Assembly (NCBI GenBank): GCA_013239625.1
Contig: MU053574.1
Location: 186,001-250,000 of the forward strand
Length of the DNA stretch: 64,000 bases
Source of the DNA: Lama guanicoe
Taxonomy: Eukaryota
Direction: 5' to 3'
The notes below the pieces were generated by a model. The model was given only the letters and a program-made list of their open reading frames with translations, made no database searches and had not been told where the DNA came from. The position numbers and the translations under genes were made by a program. Every line of letters begins with the position of its first letter. Position 1 is the stretch's first letter. Positions 26,561 to 38,607 of this stretch are shown piece after piece.

Positions 26561-29500
26561 ATCTCTCTGGCACTGTGGCTTAAGGAGTATCAGTTATCTA
26601 GTTCTCCTGGAGACGGAGTGCTCTTAATGATTTTATGGAGAGGTCTTTGTGTCTTCACTCTGTTTCACGAACTCAGCTTGCTGTTTCCAGAGGCCCTTTG
26701 TTGGCACCCTTGTCTGTGCTGCTCCCAGTGGCTGTCAGCTAGCAGATTGCACCTCCTCCCAACACTGGGTCAGGTGCTGAGCTATTACCTGGTGGGCTGG
26801 CGGGTCACTCCCCCTCTGGATGCCGCAGTCAGGTGCTGCACTCAGGCGAGGCAGGTGGGTGGATTGCGCCCCCTCCCAGCACCATAGTCAGGTGCTATGT
26901 TCCTGCCAGGAAGGCGGGTGGCCGCCCACCCTCTCCTGGCCCCGGTCGCTCCACTGCTCTGTACAGCTGGCCACTCCGCCTCGGGTCGGCGCTCCGAAGG
27001 CGGGCTCGGGGATGACCCTGGAACCGCCCCACCCCTGCTCCATGCCAAATCCCAGCTCCTTATTTGTCTTGGCGGCACGAGTTCTCTGAGGTGCAAGGGC
27101 AGAAAGATCCTATGTGCCTCGGGCTGTAAACAAGTCTCAGTCCTGCCCAGGAGGCTGTGGAGCCCCCGGGTGCAGATTCAGGTCTTGGCCCCGCCCCCAC
27201 CCGGGCACTGCACACAGGAGGAGATGGCGGCTGTGGCTGCGCCCCGCCTTTCTTCTCGGGAGAAGCGCCAGTAATGGTGGCGTGGGTCTGAGGAGACGGA
27301 GGCTATGGCGCCCCTCCCCTCAGGGCACACCAGCCGTGTTGCTCTGCTTTTTTCGCTATTTATGGGGGACCGAGGTTGTTCTGCTCCGTATCCCCTCCCA
27401 GCCATGGCGTGCAGCCCCCTGTCATCCCCTGGGGCTGCCTCAGTGCAGCCAACCCTGTCCTCCGCCTGGCTCGAGTGGCCTGTCCCGGCCCCAGCTGCCG
27501 GCTCGTGTCTTGGGCTGGGTGTCATGGGGACCCTTTGTGCCTGTTTAACTCAGTTCTGTCAGTCAAGGGGTGCTTGGGGAAGATCTGAGCCTCAGAGGCT
27601 CCCTCTCTGTCCCGCTGGCCTCTCCGTTGGAGACGGGGAGACCCAGTGAACGAGCGCCAGTCCTCCTTTGCCGCTCCCTCCCTGCGGGACCGGTCCCGCA
27701 CTGTTTTGCTTTTTCTTCTTTCTTTTTCCCTTTTCTCCTACCAGAGTTTTGGCGTCTTTGTCTTTTGAAGAGGGCGATGTTCTGTCGGAGTTCGGCAGGT
27801 GCTCTGGTTGGCTGAGTGGGTCCGTAGATGTGAGTTTTGGTGTATTTATGGGAGAGGGTGAGCTACAAGCATCCTTCTACTCCACCATCTTGCTTCTCTC
27901 CTGTACATGTTTTTTCTTCTTCGAAGCGTTAATGTAACTTCAGGAGACGGTGGTTCAGTCCTGGCAACAAGGCTGGCAGGGGGATGGTCTTACATTAATT
28001 AGGGCCTCACCAGTGGTGTGGAGGCAGAAGTTTTACGTCAGTTTATGAATAGCCTCGGGTAACAGTGAATGAGGTGGGAATGGAGTTTTAAGAGTAGCTG
28101 CTTAGATGCTTCCTGTCACTAACTTTTCCATCACGCACAGGCTTTCTTTTTAGGATTTCTTGAGCTTGTGCTTTGTAAAGCTTTTTTTCTCTTGGCCAAA
28201 TGTAGGAGTCAGTCTTAGAACCAGAGGGATGTAATTTCCATCATAGTTACTCGTTATTTCCCAGCTTCTCTCACCTCTCGGGTTCCGGCTCCCTTTAGAA
28301 GCGTGTAAATGTGGGGCTTTCTCTAGAAATCAGCTCTCACTAACTTCGGAAATTTAATGGCCTCAGAAAAAGAAAGAAGGGAAAACACGCCTCAGGGACT
28401 CTAGAACCTCTGAGAAAGCCTGCTTACGTGCGCTGCATATACCTCCCGACAGAGGCGTGGATGGGCCGGCCTGAGCACTTGTCCCCCTGAGACCTCTGAC
28501 AAGCCACCTGCCCGCTTGGGCCTGGTTCCACAGTTCATAAAATGCGCACAGTGATACTGACTGCAACAGTTAGAAGGGCTCCACTTGTAAGTGGCAACAA
28601 AAAAAGACTTCACTGGCTTCACCGTAAAGAGTTTCATTATTTCACTCGACAAGAAGTCCTGAGGCAGGTGGGTTCCAGGCTGGCCAAATCAGCAGTTCAT
28701 GGACAGCACCAAGGAGCCCGGTTCTCTCCACTCCTCCGCATGGCCCCACCTGTTGTGTCGACCTTGTCTTTGGGCTGCCCGGGCTCCTGGTTGCAAAGCA
28801 TGTGCCACAGTTAAAGCTGTCACCGCTGGGTGTCGTGTTGCCCTGTGGAAGAGGAGAGCATCGCTTCCTGCAGGTCTCCCTCATCAAGGAAACCTTTCCC
28901 GGGAACTCTACCAGACCTGCCGCCCTTGTTACTGGCCAGGAGTATGTCGTGTGCTGCCCCGAGCCCAGCCGTTGCCTTGAACCTGTCGGGATCTGCCTCC
29001 AGCCCTGGAGCTGGGCCTGCTCTTGTCCAGCCAGGCGGGGGAGGAGGAGTGGCGTCCACATTAGGTGGGGAGGGCTGGTAGGTGTTGGGCATAGCCCCTC
29101 TCACAGTGTCTGTGAGGGGTAGTGAAAGTGCGCAGAGACTTTGATTCTCCATGAGTAACTATCATTTACAACAAAGGTCCAGTTTGTTCACCTAGTCTAT
29201 GCTATCGTCTGGAGCCATCAGGCGTAGCTGGTGGCCGCATTGTCTGGTCTGCTCAGTTCTGAGCTTAAATCTGTCCTCTTCTGCCCAAGGAAGCGTTGGG
29301 CTCGCCGGTCGTCTTCGAGGCAGGGGTGCCTTCTTGGAATCTCATTTCCATGCTCCTTACGGTTTATTATCTTAAAAAAAAATATTGTGAATGTTATGTT
29401 GCATATGTTTTCCCAAATAAAAAAGCACGCAACACACCGCAGCACATGCTTGTTAGGAGAGTACCCCTTCCCCCTTCCCTGAACGCTAGTGTCTGCTCGC

Positions 29501-30173
29501 CCTGGGTCCTGAGCTGCTTCCTCCGTCAGCGGCAGGCCGTTGTCCTGCAGGACTGGCAGGCCTCGTCAGGGTACCTGGTCTGCAGGTGCTGCTTTGTGGG
29601 AGCAAACCTACTCCTTGCTGCGTCTCTAGATTTATCTGGGCTGTTGTTAGAGGAGGGAGAAGAGTAGGAAAGGGGAAGATGGCCCACGGCGCCCCCACGC
29701 GGAAGTCGCCGCTGAGTACTGGCGTGTTTTCCTTGGGGTTTTCAGAACATGTATGTTTACACAGCCGATCAGACTGTTCCCGTGGCTTTGTAGTCTGCTT
29801 TTTTATCTTTTTGCTGGTACATACAATTTTTAAAAACTTACTAAGTATAAGATAGACTTTAATTTACTTAACTGGTTTTTTGACATTGGACTTAACAGTA
29901 TTTTTTGTTTTTTGCTCTTCTAAATATACTGTGGTGATTATTTTTGTGCCAAAATATCTACTTATGTTTTAAATGATTTCCTAAGGGATAAATTTCAGGC
30001 AAGGTGTCAGTTAATACTTACTGCCAGCACCCTTTCCAGAAAGCTGGCTAGTTTCTGTTTCCACTAAGAGCATACTGATACAGCACCTTTTCAGTGCTTA
30101 TTTCATTGAGCTTTTGAAATGGATGTGGCATATACCTTTTCTAAAAGTGCTCACTCCAGTTCCCCTTTTTTAG

Positions 30174-30362
<189 letters not shown>

Positions 30363-30410
30363 TAACTCTCATCGGGAAAGGCTCGGCTGTGATGCGTTCT
30401 GCGTCACTGA

Positions 30411-30611
<201 letters not shown>

Positions 30612-30982
30612 TAGGAGCCAGAGTTGGCCTCCATGGCCTCATCGTTACCGCCCCTGACAGAACAGGGTTGTGTCATGTGGTGTCAGAAGCAGCTGTGGCA
30701 CCGGCTCTGTTCCCCAGAGAGCCCAGCCACCTCTCCACATTCCTTTTCCCGGTTCCGAATCACTTGATACAGTCATGGAGGCGTTCATATTTAAGATTGC
30801 CATCTGAGGTCCCTAGTCATGACTCACCTTTCTCTTCATGAGTGCTCATACTCAAGTCCTCGATCCTAAAACAGAGGGCCGGCTGGCATAGTTCAGTGTC
30901 GGCGTGAGCGCGGGTCAGGATAATGCCCAGATGTGGACGCCATAACCACCAACTCCTTTTCCCCTTCCTGGGTTTCTTACAG

Positions 30983-31505
30983 GCTTGACTGTTGCAATGA
31001 CGGCTGCTCGGATTCTGCACCAGGGCACAGTGAAGAGGCAGCTGGCCGTAACGGTGAGACCAGGCCCCTCAGACCTGGCGGCGCCCGCGGCAGCAGTGGG
31101 AGCCGAGGCGGCGGAGGCGGCAGCAGCGGCGGCAGCGAGCTCTCCACTCCGGAGAAGCCCCCGAACCAGAGGGCGGGCCCGTTCGGCAGTCGGTGGGACA
31201 CTGCCGCCGGGGAGCCCTCTACCAGCATCCCTGCGACTGTTGGCTCACTTCCCAGCTCCAAAAGCTTCCTGGGCATGAAGGCGCGAGAGTTATTTCGTAA
31301 TAAGAGCGAGAGCCAGTGTGACGAGGACGGTGTGACCATCAGTAGCCTTTCTGAGACCCTAAAGACAGAACTGGGCAAAGACTCCAGCATGGAAGCCAAG
31401 ACGCCCCTGAGCCTCGATGGCCCGCACCCATCTCCCCCAAACGCGGACAGTGTTGGACAGCTCCGTATCATGGACTACAACGAGGCTCACCATGAGCACA
31501 GCTAA
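30983..31505 (+). CDS. TSC1: TSC1 exon 23, coding part (stop TAA 31503-31505)
   Basis: tacag|(R)[11 protein letters not shown]...[22 protein letters not shown]...HHEHS*. Confidence 0.97.
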
Positions 31506-34500
31506 GGACGATGGTCAGTCAGTGTTACCCTGCATATTGCTGGCGTAGAACAGGAGTGTGAATGCACGCTTCAGAGCTTTCCTGTTTCCAGGGTTTGAGT
31601 GGCTAGCTCACGCAGTGGAAATGGGATGGAGGTCCTTTTGACAGTTGACTGAGTGCAGAACGGTTTTTGGATCTGGCATTGAAATGCCTCTTAACCTTCC
31701 CTCAGCCACCCCCAGACCCTGTCTTTCATTTACCCAGCAGCGTGTGCTAACCCGAGGGCCAGTGTGTGTTCCTCACTAGCTTTATCTTCTTCTTTTTCCT
31801 GCAAAATGGGTCCTTTGAACCTGTGCAATATGAGGCCAAATTTAATCTTTGAGGCTAACACACCACTCTCTCCTTTCCTGAGGCTCAGCTAACTGGGTTG
31901 GCCCTCTGCTGGCCCAGGTAACTGGTGGCATCGCAGGTAAGTCTGGTTCTGTCCCTTTCCGGGAGGGGTAGCCTGCAAAGCTCGTCTTCTTCACAGGAAA
32001 GCTCTTACGTGAGCCTTGTTCCCTGCTCTTTGGTTTAGCACCTAAAGCAGCAGATCTAGAAAAGTGATGGTTTCTTCACCCTTGTTTTTTTGGTGGTTCT
32101 GATAAGCTGCCTAGAAACTTCTATGTGAACACATGCCTATCATTCAGAAAGTCCAGAGCTGGCACCGTGGAGACCACACTGCCCTTTGGGAACACCCTGC
32201 CCCCCCCCACTACCTCTTATTTCTGTGGTGTTTGCTCGAAAGCTGGCACTGTTCTGAGCAGAGGCTGGCGTGTGGGTGCTCGGCCCTGCTCTCTGCAGCA
32301 GGGCAGGATGGCGACTAGAGCAGTTACCCGGAAGGAGGAGCGCCGTGGGTGGGGACCTGGCCCCCGGGTCCAGGCAGGGCTGCGCCGGCTGAGCCCCGCG
32401 CTGACACGCCACTGTCTGTTCACCTCCCTTAGCACCCCGTATGCCTCTTGTTTCTGTCAGCTTCTGTGTGATGCTGCAGCAGAAAGGCTCTGAAGGTCCA
32501 ATGAGTTTCTTCAAAGTTTATGACCGTTGTTTCTCAGGCTGTGAGAGTTGCCTCACTGTGGTAGGTTCTAGGCCACCGAGAACGTAACAGCTTTTTCACA
32601 GCAATCCTGACTTTTGGGCCAACTCTGCAGGGAGCTTGATGCTGCCTCCCCCCACGTTAGACCTGGCAGAGCGTTAAAGCGGAGGCCTGGTGACCGCTGC
32701 CAAAGGGCTGCCCGCGCACGCCCGTGAGAGGCGACACCAGTCAGGACACTGGTGGTGGCACAGAATCTGAACTTGACAGATGCCCCGGAAACAAATGCTA
32801 GAGCCTAAGGATTGTTGCCTCGTGTCCCAGCCCAGACTGAGGCGGGGAGAGGCTGGCAGGAAAGAGCCGATGAACTTGGTTTTTCTCTTTCTCTTCTTTC
32901 AGTAAAAGTATAAGTGTTCACCCACGAGGAGGGCAAAGGCAAACTGTGATGGTACGAATGTTACCGCTTGTGGGAGCTCCCAGCACATGAGGGCAAAGGT
33001 CTCTTTTAAAAAGTGTGGCAATAAATACTCTAGCGTCCCGACCAGCGGGAGCTGGGTAACAAGCGCCTCCCTGTGGCCATGGCTGTGCGGGCGGGGGGCC
33101 GCCCTGGCACGGGGCTCCCGGGCGCGGCTGGCTGCTGCGCAGCTGGAGGGAGGGTGTGTGCCCGCCTGCTCTCGGCCCAGCACGGCGCCGGCCGTGGCCG
33201 CCAGATGTCCGCTGCGGAGTTAATGACACCGTATATTTAATTCAGCTTTTTCCAAAGGAAAGCTTAAAATCAAATGCATTCTAGCTCCCTAGTTCAGTTT
33301 CATTTAGAAAGGGAAAACGTGAACAAATTCAGAAAAGAAATGTTATAAGATAACTATTACAACTGGTTCTCAGTGCTTACCCCTCCCCAAGACCAAAAGA
33401 TCTGTGCTGCAGAACAAAGACATAGGCACTTAAACCAAAGCCTTTACCCTGACTAACTGGCAAAGGCAAGGAGGCCAACGTAAAGAAAGAAAAAAACTTT
33501 TTTTTTAAGCAGGCAGTTTGTAAAAGTATAAGGAAGAGGCGGACAACATGGACATGTGGCCTGAGGCCTGGGCTGGAGGCTCTGTGGGCGGGTCTCTGTG
33601 AGGCCCTTGCCCACTCCTCTAGCCTGGGCATCCATCTGCTCAGCCTCTGGCCGTGGCCAAGGCAGCAGCACTCAGCCTCCTCTGGGCTCTGGGAGGCCAA
33701 GGCTGGGGAATGGGGGTCTGGCGGCATGCTGAACTTGCCCAACCTGGAAATTTAGGATTTTATGTTGCAAAAGACTTGAGTCGGTAAGAAGGTTTGGTTT
33801 GATTTTGAAAGTGATAAACCTGCCAAGAGTCACCAGCTCACTTGATTATGCTGCAGTGAGTGTCTTTAAAGAGGGAAAGGTGATGGTGATGGAGGAACTT
33901 CTGAAAGATAATTGAGGCCCGGGAACAGGCAGGGCAAAGGCATTGAAACGGTGTTCCCAGCAGAGCCTTCCCTGAGACTAAGCAGGGCAGCATTTGCAAG
34001 CGTCAGGGTTGGCCTCCATCCAGGGTCACTCTTGAGCAGGCTTGTCTGCCTTGGAGCTGTTTGGCCAACGTCCATAACCTGTTCTGATCCCCACCTGCCA
34101 CTAACTGGGATCGGCACAGGCCCAGAGAAGATCAGAGCCTGCTTCTTGGGTAGCGTGAAACCTTGTTCTAAAAGGGAGCACTGCAGTGTCATCGGGGGCA
34201 GGGTAGGGGTGGAAGGTGGCAGCGCGGTCTCCGTGGGGAACATGAGTTCCTGATGCTGCTGCAGGCCTTCCAGCAGACAGAATGTTCAGGGAGTTTTCAA
34301 AAGCTTTTGACAAGGTTCTGCCCCAGATCTGTGAAAGTGGTTACTGTGGAAGTGGAAGAAATACCTGGTCATGAATAAGAAAACTAACTGAAATCCAGAG
34401 GTGGGAGGTGAAGATCGTTTCTTCGGTCAAGAGGTTTCCCTGGAGATGAGCGCTGGGACCAGCCTTACCAGGCGGGGGCGGGCAGTAGACGTGCCGCCCT

Positions 34501-36410
34501 AGGCCTGTCAGCAGAGGGAGAGCTGCCTAACCTTTGGGAGTAAGCTGCTGAAGGTTCATAGGCTCTCTGACAGAGAACCTACATTGTGAGCCAGAATATA
34601 CGTACTGCGTTTAGGGGGAAGTAGTCCGAACTCTTCTTAAAAGGTAAACTGTTACAATCCAGGAAAAGGTCCCACAAGCCATTGACAGTTGGAAAAATCA
34701 GCCCGCCGTGCCCCCGTGGCCAGAAGCCAGCCCTCCACTGGGCAGAGCCAGGACGGCAGGAAACGAAACCCCAGCCCTGGGCCGGCCTCACGTGCAACAG
34801 CGCGTGTAGTTTCTGGGGTTTTGTTGAGAAAGATAAAGCTCTAGTAGTTTTGTAGAAGAGGATGAATAAAATGACGGTGACGATGGGGGGGTCCCTGGAG
34901 ACCACAAAGCTTCCGACTTCCACTTAAGACTAAAAAGGTGGATGTTTCTGTGTAGAGAATGTAACGAAAGTGCTATGATAGCCAATGTGAATTTTCACCA
35001 AATACTAGAACATGCCACTTGAATCCAGGAAGAAATAACTGAAGAACAAATGAAAGAAAGTGCTACGCGAAGACGCACAGCTTTTCTAACCAGAAGCAGT
35101 AAGAGGCGGTAGGGGGTGTGGCCACATCTCAGGAGGGCTGGGCACTGTGAAGACTTGGCCCAGAACCGCATTTGGGGTGGGCTGCCACCACCTTCTGCCG
35201 ATGCTCCCGGAGGGGCCAGCCTCTCCTCCGGGTGGTCCCGGGAGAAGCCCAAGCCCAGCCGGGAGTGTACGTTTCACCCAGGGGAGAAGGCTGTCAGATC
35301 AGCACGTCTTACCCTGCGCGGTTTCACTCTCCCAGGCTTGTGCTTTAAACATTGACAAGCAGTGAACAGGGGAGAATGTATCTGGCCTGGAGATGCTTGT
35401 GCATCCGTTCACATCCAGAGTTCTGTGACACGTGCCCCTGCCCCCCGCCCCGACCGCTGCAGAGGGATTGCACACAGTTAAGCTTTTCTTTACAAGTGAG
35501 AGAACAAATTTAGGTCCGGGCCTGGCCCCTGGGCTGCTGCTGCGACCCTTGTCCCCGTGTGGCTCATTGCCCCGTCCACGACTCTCTGATGTGCCCAGAG
35601 AGAACAGTGTTTCCGTCTTTCCCACGCCGTCCTGCAGTCTGTTCGTGCCGACCTGAGAGAAGCATGGCTGCAGCCACAAGGGGAACCTGCCTGGGCGCCA
35701 TGTGCCTGTGCCCATGACTGCTTTTGGCTTTGAAATGAGTTAGTGAAGGCAGAGGGGCTTTCTCTCCTCCCCATCACAGTGCCACAAAATCGTCCACCCT
35801 CTGCGATAAGTAGGCTAGTCGAACCATTGGAATAGATCTTTTAGAGGCGACCCCTGAGAGTTTGAGGCCCCCCCCCAGATCAGCCCCCCTCTCCCCACCT
35901 TGATACAGTGTTGGGACAGGAGGGAACAGCACTGCCCTCAGCAGCAGGTACTTTGGCTCATCCAAGAGGCAGCCAGGCATTTTGCACTAGGAAGAATCAG
36001 TGATCGCTTTTCAGCAGACTTCTATGGACCAGAAATACGTTATGGAGGAACAGATTTTGCTAAGACATTATCTAGGTTTATAACTCAATCATGGATCAAC
36101 CACATGTGGCTAACTTGCAGTTTAAAGGGGTCCTATCACTGAAAACCAGATTTTTTTGGCTGACTGCTTTTAGCTAAATATGAGAAAGTCATCTGTTGTC
36201 AAAAGGTTTAAACCTTCCCGCCTTGACCTTTAACAGCATGTCAAACAATCCGCATCAGATGCCGTAACATGAACTGCAGGAGAAAATGGTACAATCTGAG
36301 TGAGTGGGAAGTGGAATCAAAAGGGTTTGCTGTCCTTAGAATGTCCTAAAATGTCAAGGCAGTTGCTTGTGTTTAACTGTGAACAAATAAAAACTTATTG
36401 TTTTGCACTA
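31506..36410 (+). other. TSC1: TSC1 3'UTR (~4.9 kb)
   Basis: Follows the stop codon and ends near AATAAA 36386-36391; length agrees with my recollection of the human TSC1 3'UTR. Confidence 0.75.
36386..36391 (+). terminator. TSC1: TSC1 distal polyadenylation signal AATAAA
   Basis: gtgaacaAATAAAaacttattgttttgcacta followed by T/GT-rich sequence. Confidence 0.75.
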
Positions 36411-36819
36411 CTCTGCTGTACTGACATGAAGTGGTTCATGTCGGCCTCTGAGGGGCTTGCGGGCAAAGTAGGAACTAGTCCCAAGATGCTGAAGCCTCGG
36501 GGCCTGGGATTGCTTGGTGACCCCGGGTGGCTGGAGGAAGGTACTGCCGAGGGGAATCTGGCTTCAGTCTCTGTAAGACCCTTTTGTTCTGGCAGATCAT
36601 GTGGCAAACAGCCACAGATCCTACCCTGATCTGCCTCAAATTCATGTCCTTCAAGTGTCCTGGAGATGTGGGAAGAGGTGACTGGAGGCGGCTCTACCAG
36701 CAGACTCACAGCCAGGCAGTCTGCCGGTTCTGCACCGCCACCCACCCTTGTGTCCAGGGTGTGCTCGCCTTCCTAGGGGTTGGCTGGCACCTTGGGTTTA
36801 ACACAGCCTCCCCCCCGCC

Positions 36820-36978
36820 TTTTTTTTAAGTTCTATTTTTATTGTTGATTTTGGTTTTGGGTATTTGAGGTGGGGGGGACTTAGGTTTATTTATTTTTTT
36901 AATGGAGGTACTAGGGGTTGAGCCCAGGACCTCAAGCATGCCAAGCATGTGCTCTACCCCTGGGCGATACCCTCCCCC
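36820..36978 (-). mobile_element. tRNA-derived SINE (Vic-1-like)
   Basis: Reverse complement is homologous to the 17959 copy; possible TSD aacacagcc at 36800 and 36980. Confidence 0.85.
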
Positions 36979-37555
36979 GAACACAGCCCTTTGGATGGAG
37001 CCCAAGTGACACTGAAGTTGTTGAGAACTGATAGACACTGAGCCTTGCCAACCGTGTCTTATGCGTGTGCCAAGGAGAGCGTGCAGCTCACATCCGCCGC
37101 CTTCCATGTGCCATCGGCTACCGGGAGGAAGGCAGGAAGCCACCACTGAACACTCGTCAGGTCCAGCCTGGCCTTCCTGGGAAAGGACCGGAGGCGAAGA
37201 GCTGCAATACAGTGTGGGTCCCCACTGCCCAGCTGCCCGGAAGTGGGTGTGCTCTGCCCACTGGAATGGCGGAAGCAGCTCCTTTGAGACAAAGCCTGAG
37301 AGGTGGCAGTTTTCAGTTTTGTCTGAGAAGTTCAGATGTTCGGATGTCTGGCTAGGCCGCTGGCTCTGCGAGGAGTCACTGTGCTGGCCTGTGGGCCTGT
37401 GGCCTGCACCTCCTCGAAGCGACTGGAGCCGGGGGTTCCTGTCCAGAGCGGCTCTGCTGCTGCCTGGTGCGCTCTGGTGTCTTCGGGTAAATGTCATTAT
37501 CTTTAAGGGACAAGTCTCAGGAAAGCAAGCCAGGTAAAGAGGTGGTAGAACACCT

Positions 37556-37561
37556 TTTATT
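37556..37561 (-). terminator. SPACA9: SPACA9 polyadenylation signal AATAAA
   Basis: Minus strand caagAATAAAaggtg, ~40 nt after the short-isoform stop. Confidence 0.75.
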
Positions 37562-37598
37562 CTTGACTGTCGCCCCCGAGGAAGCAAGAGTACAGAAG

Positions 37599-37610
37599 CT
37601 AAGTCGCCCC
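37599..37610 (-). CDS. SPACA9: SPACA9 terminal micro-CDS of short isoform (GAT*; 168 aa total)
   Basis: Strong acceptor ttttttcccttcacag|GGG GCG ACT TAG, in frame with internal donor CAC|gtgagt at 38460/38459. Confidence 0.8.
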   Translation of the reverse strand, partial: GAT

Positions 37611-38273
37611 CTGTGAAGGGAAAAACCAACAGTCAGACAGCACCTCTGGCAAGCTCAGGAGCTGGTGACACATTTTTTCAATGTCTGGGCCTCAGTTATG
37701 TTGTGAAAACGAGGTAATTATTCTTGTACGGGATCCACAAAATCAATTCTTCCAGCTTCTCTCAGAGTTTCTCTCTCAAGTAAAGGAGAGGAAAGGCCAG
37801 TTCATTCCCGTTTGGGCTTTGGTCCAGGGACCTAAACACTCCGAGGCAGCGTCCTGCGAGGCGGGAGCAGCCCTGCCTGCAGAGGGCCGGGCCTCGCCTA
37901 CGGCCACTGCCGCCGCTGCAGCGGGAAGGGAGCTGTGCGGCCTCCTCCGGCCGGATGGCTCAGCCTGGAAAGCTGGACCTGGGTGGGACAGTCAGCTCTT
38001 TCCCAGCCTCCCTGCGACACCCTCTACCCACACACACTCTGAGGGTCCCCTTCATCGGCACAGAGCCTGACACTCAGAGGCGAGGGAAAGAAGTTAGAGC
38101 GAGAGAAGGAGAAAGGTTCTCAGTCATGTATTGGGCAGTCCCCTTTGGGGTAATAAGTGGCAGGGACTGTGGGCGATGATGAAAATGGATCAGCTAGTGG
38201 AAACCAAGTTTAGTAACAAAGCACCCTATAGGAAGGGGAGGGAAGGGGAAGGGGTGGGACTGGGGTTGAGGCC

Positions 38274-38607
38274 TTACAGTTTCCCACCAGGTGGTCTCCA
38301 GGGAGGTTTTGCACATCCCTTGTCTGTCCCCCTAGGTTTGAGGCTGTCTTTTGTCAGTTGCCTATAGTTGTGTTTCCTTAAGCCAGGCTGGGCGCCTGCA
38401 GTCTGGAAAGCCCCTGCGGCCGCCCTGGTGGCTTCCTGGCGGGCCTGGGGCTCACTCACGTGCTGCAGCTCCTTGCGGGGCAGCTTCTCCGAGTGCGCAA
38501 CCCATTCTTTCATCAAGTCTAGGACGATGGGGATGAGGCTGACCACGCCTCCGTAGTGGTTCCTGGCCTCATCACAGCTGAGGTGGTTCACCACATCGTG
38601 AGGGTAT
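38274..38607 (-). CDS. SPACA9: SPACA9 third coding exon, long isoform (226 aa total)
   Basis: ctgcag|(K)YPHDVVNHLSCDEARNHYGGVVSLIP...KPPWRPPGGKL*; 144+203+334=681 nt. Confidence 0.94.

Larger units (their letters stand above)
24834..27900 (-). mobile_element. LINE-1 with complete 5'UTR and ORF1 but internally deleted ORF2, with poly(A) tail and TSD
   Basis: 5' end GAGAGAAGCAAGATGGTGG (YY1-like) at 27900; ORF1 26560-25688; ORF2 C-terminal remnant 25518-25150; poly(T) on + at 24834; TSD ctggacatgcttttt (24824) / ctgtacatgtttttt (27901). Confidence 0.93.

Noticed and set aside
30977..31471. 164-aa ORF antisense to TSC1 exon 23
   Set aside because: Antisense shadow of a GC-rich coding exon.
36826..37629. 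267-aa minus-strand ORF
   Set aside because: Non-ATG start inside a splice acceptor, runs through the SPACA9 poly(A) signal and ends in a SINE. Likely a chance ORF in GC-rich DNA.
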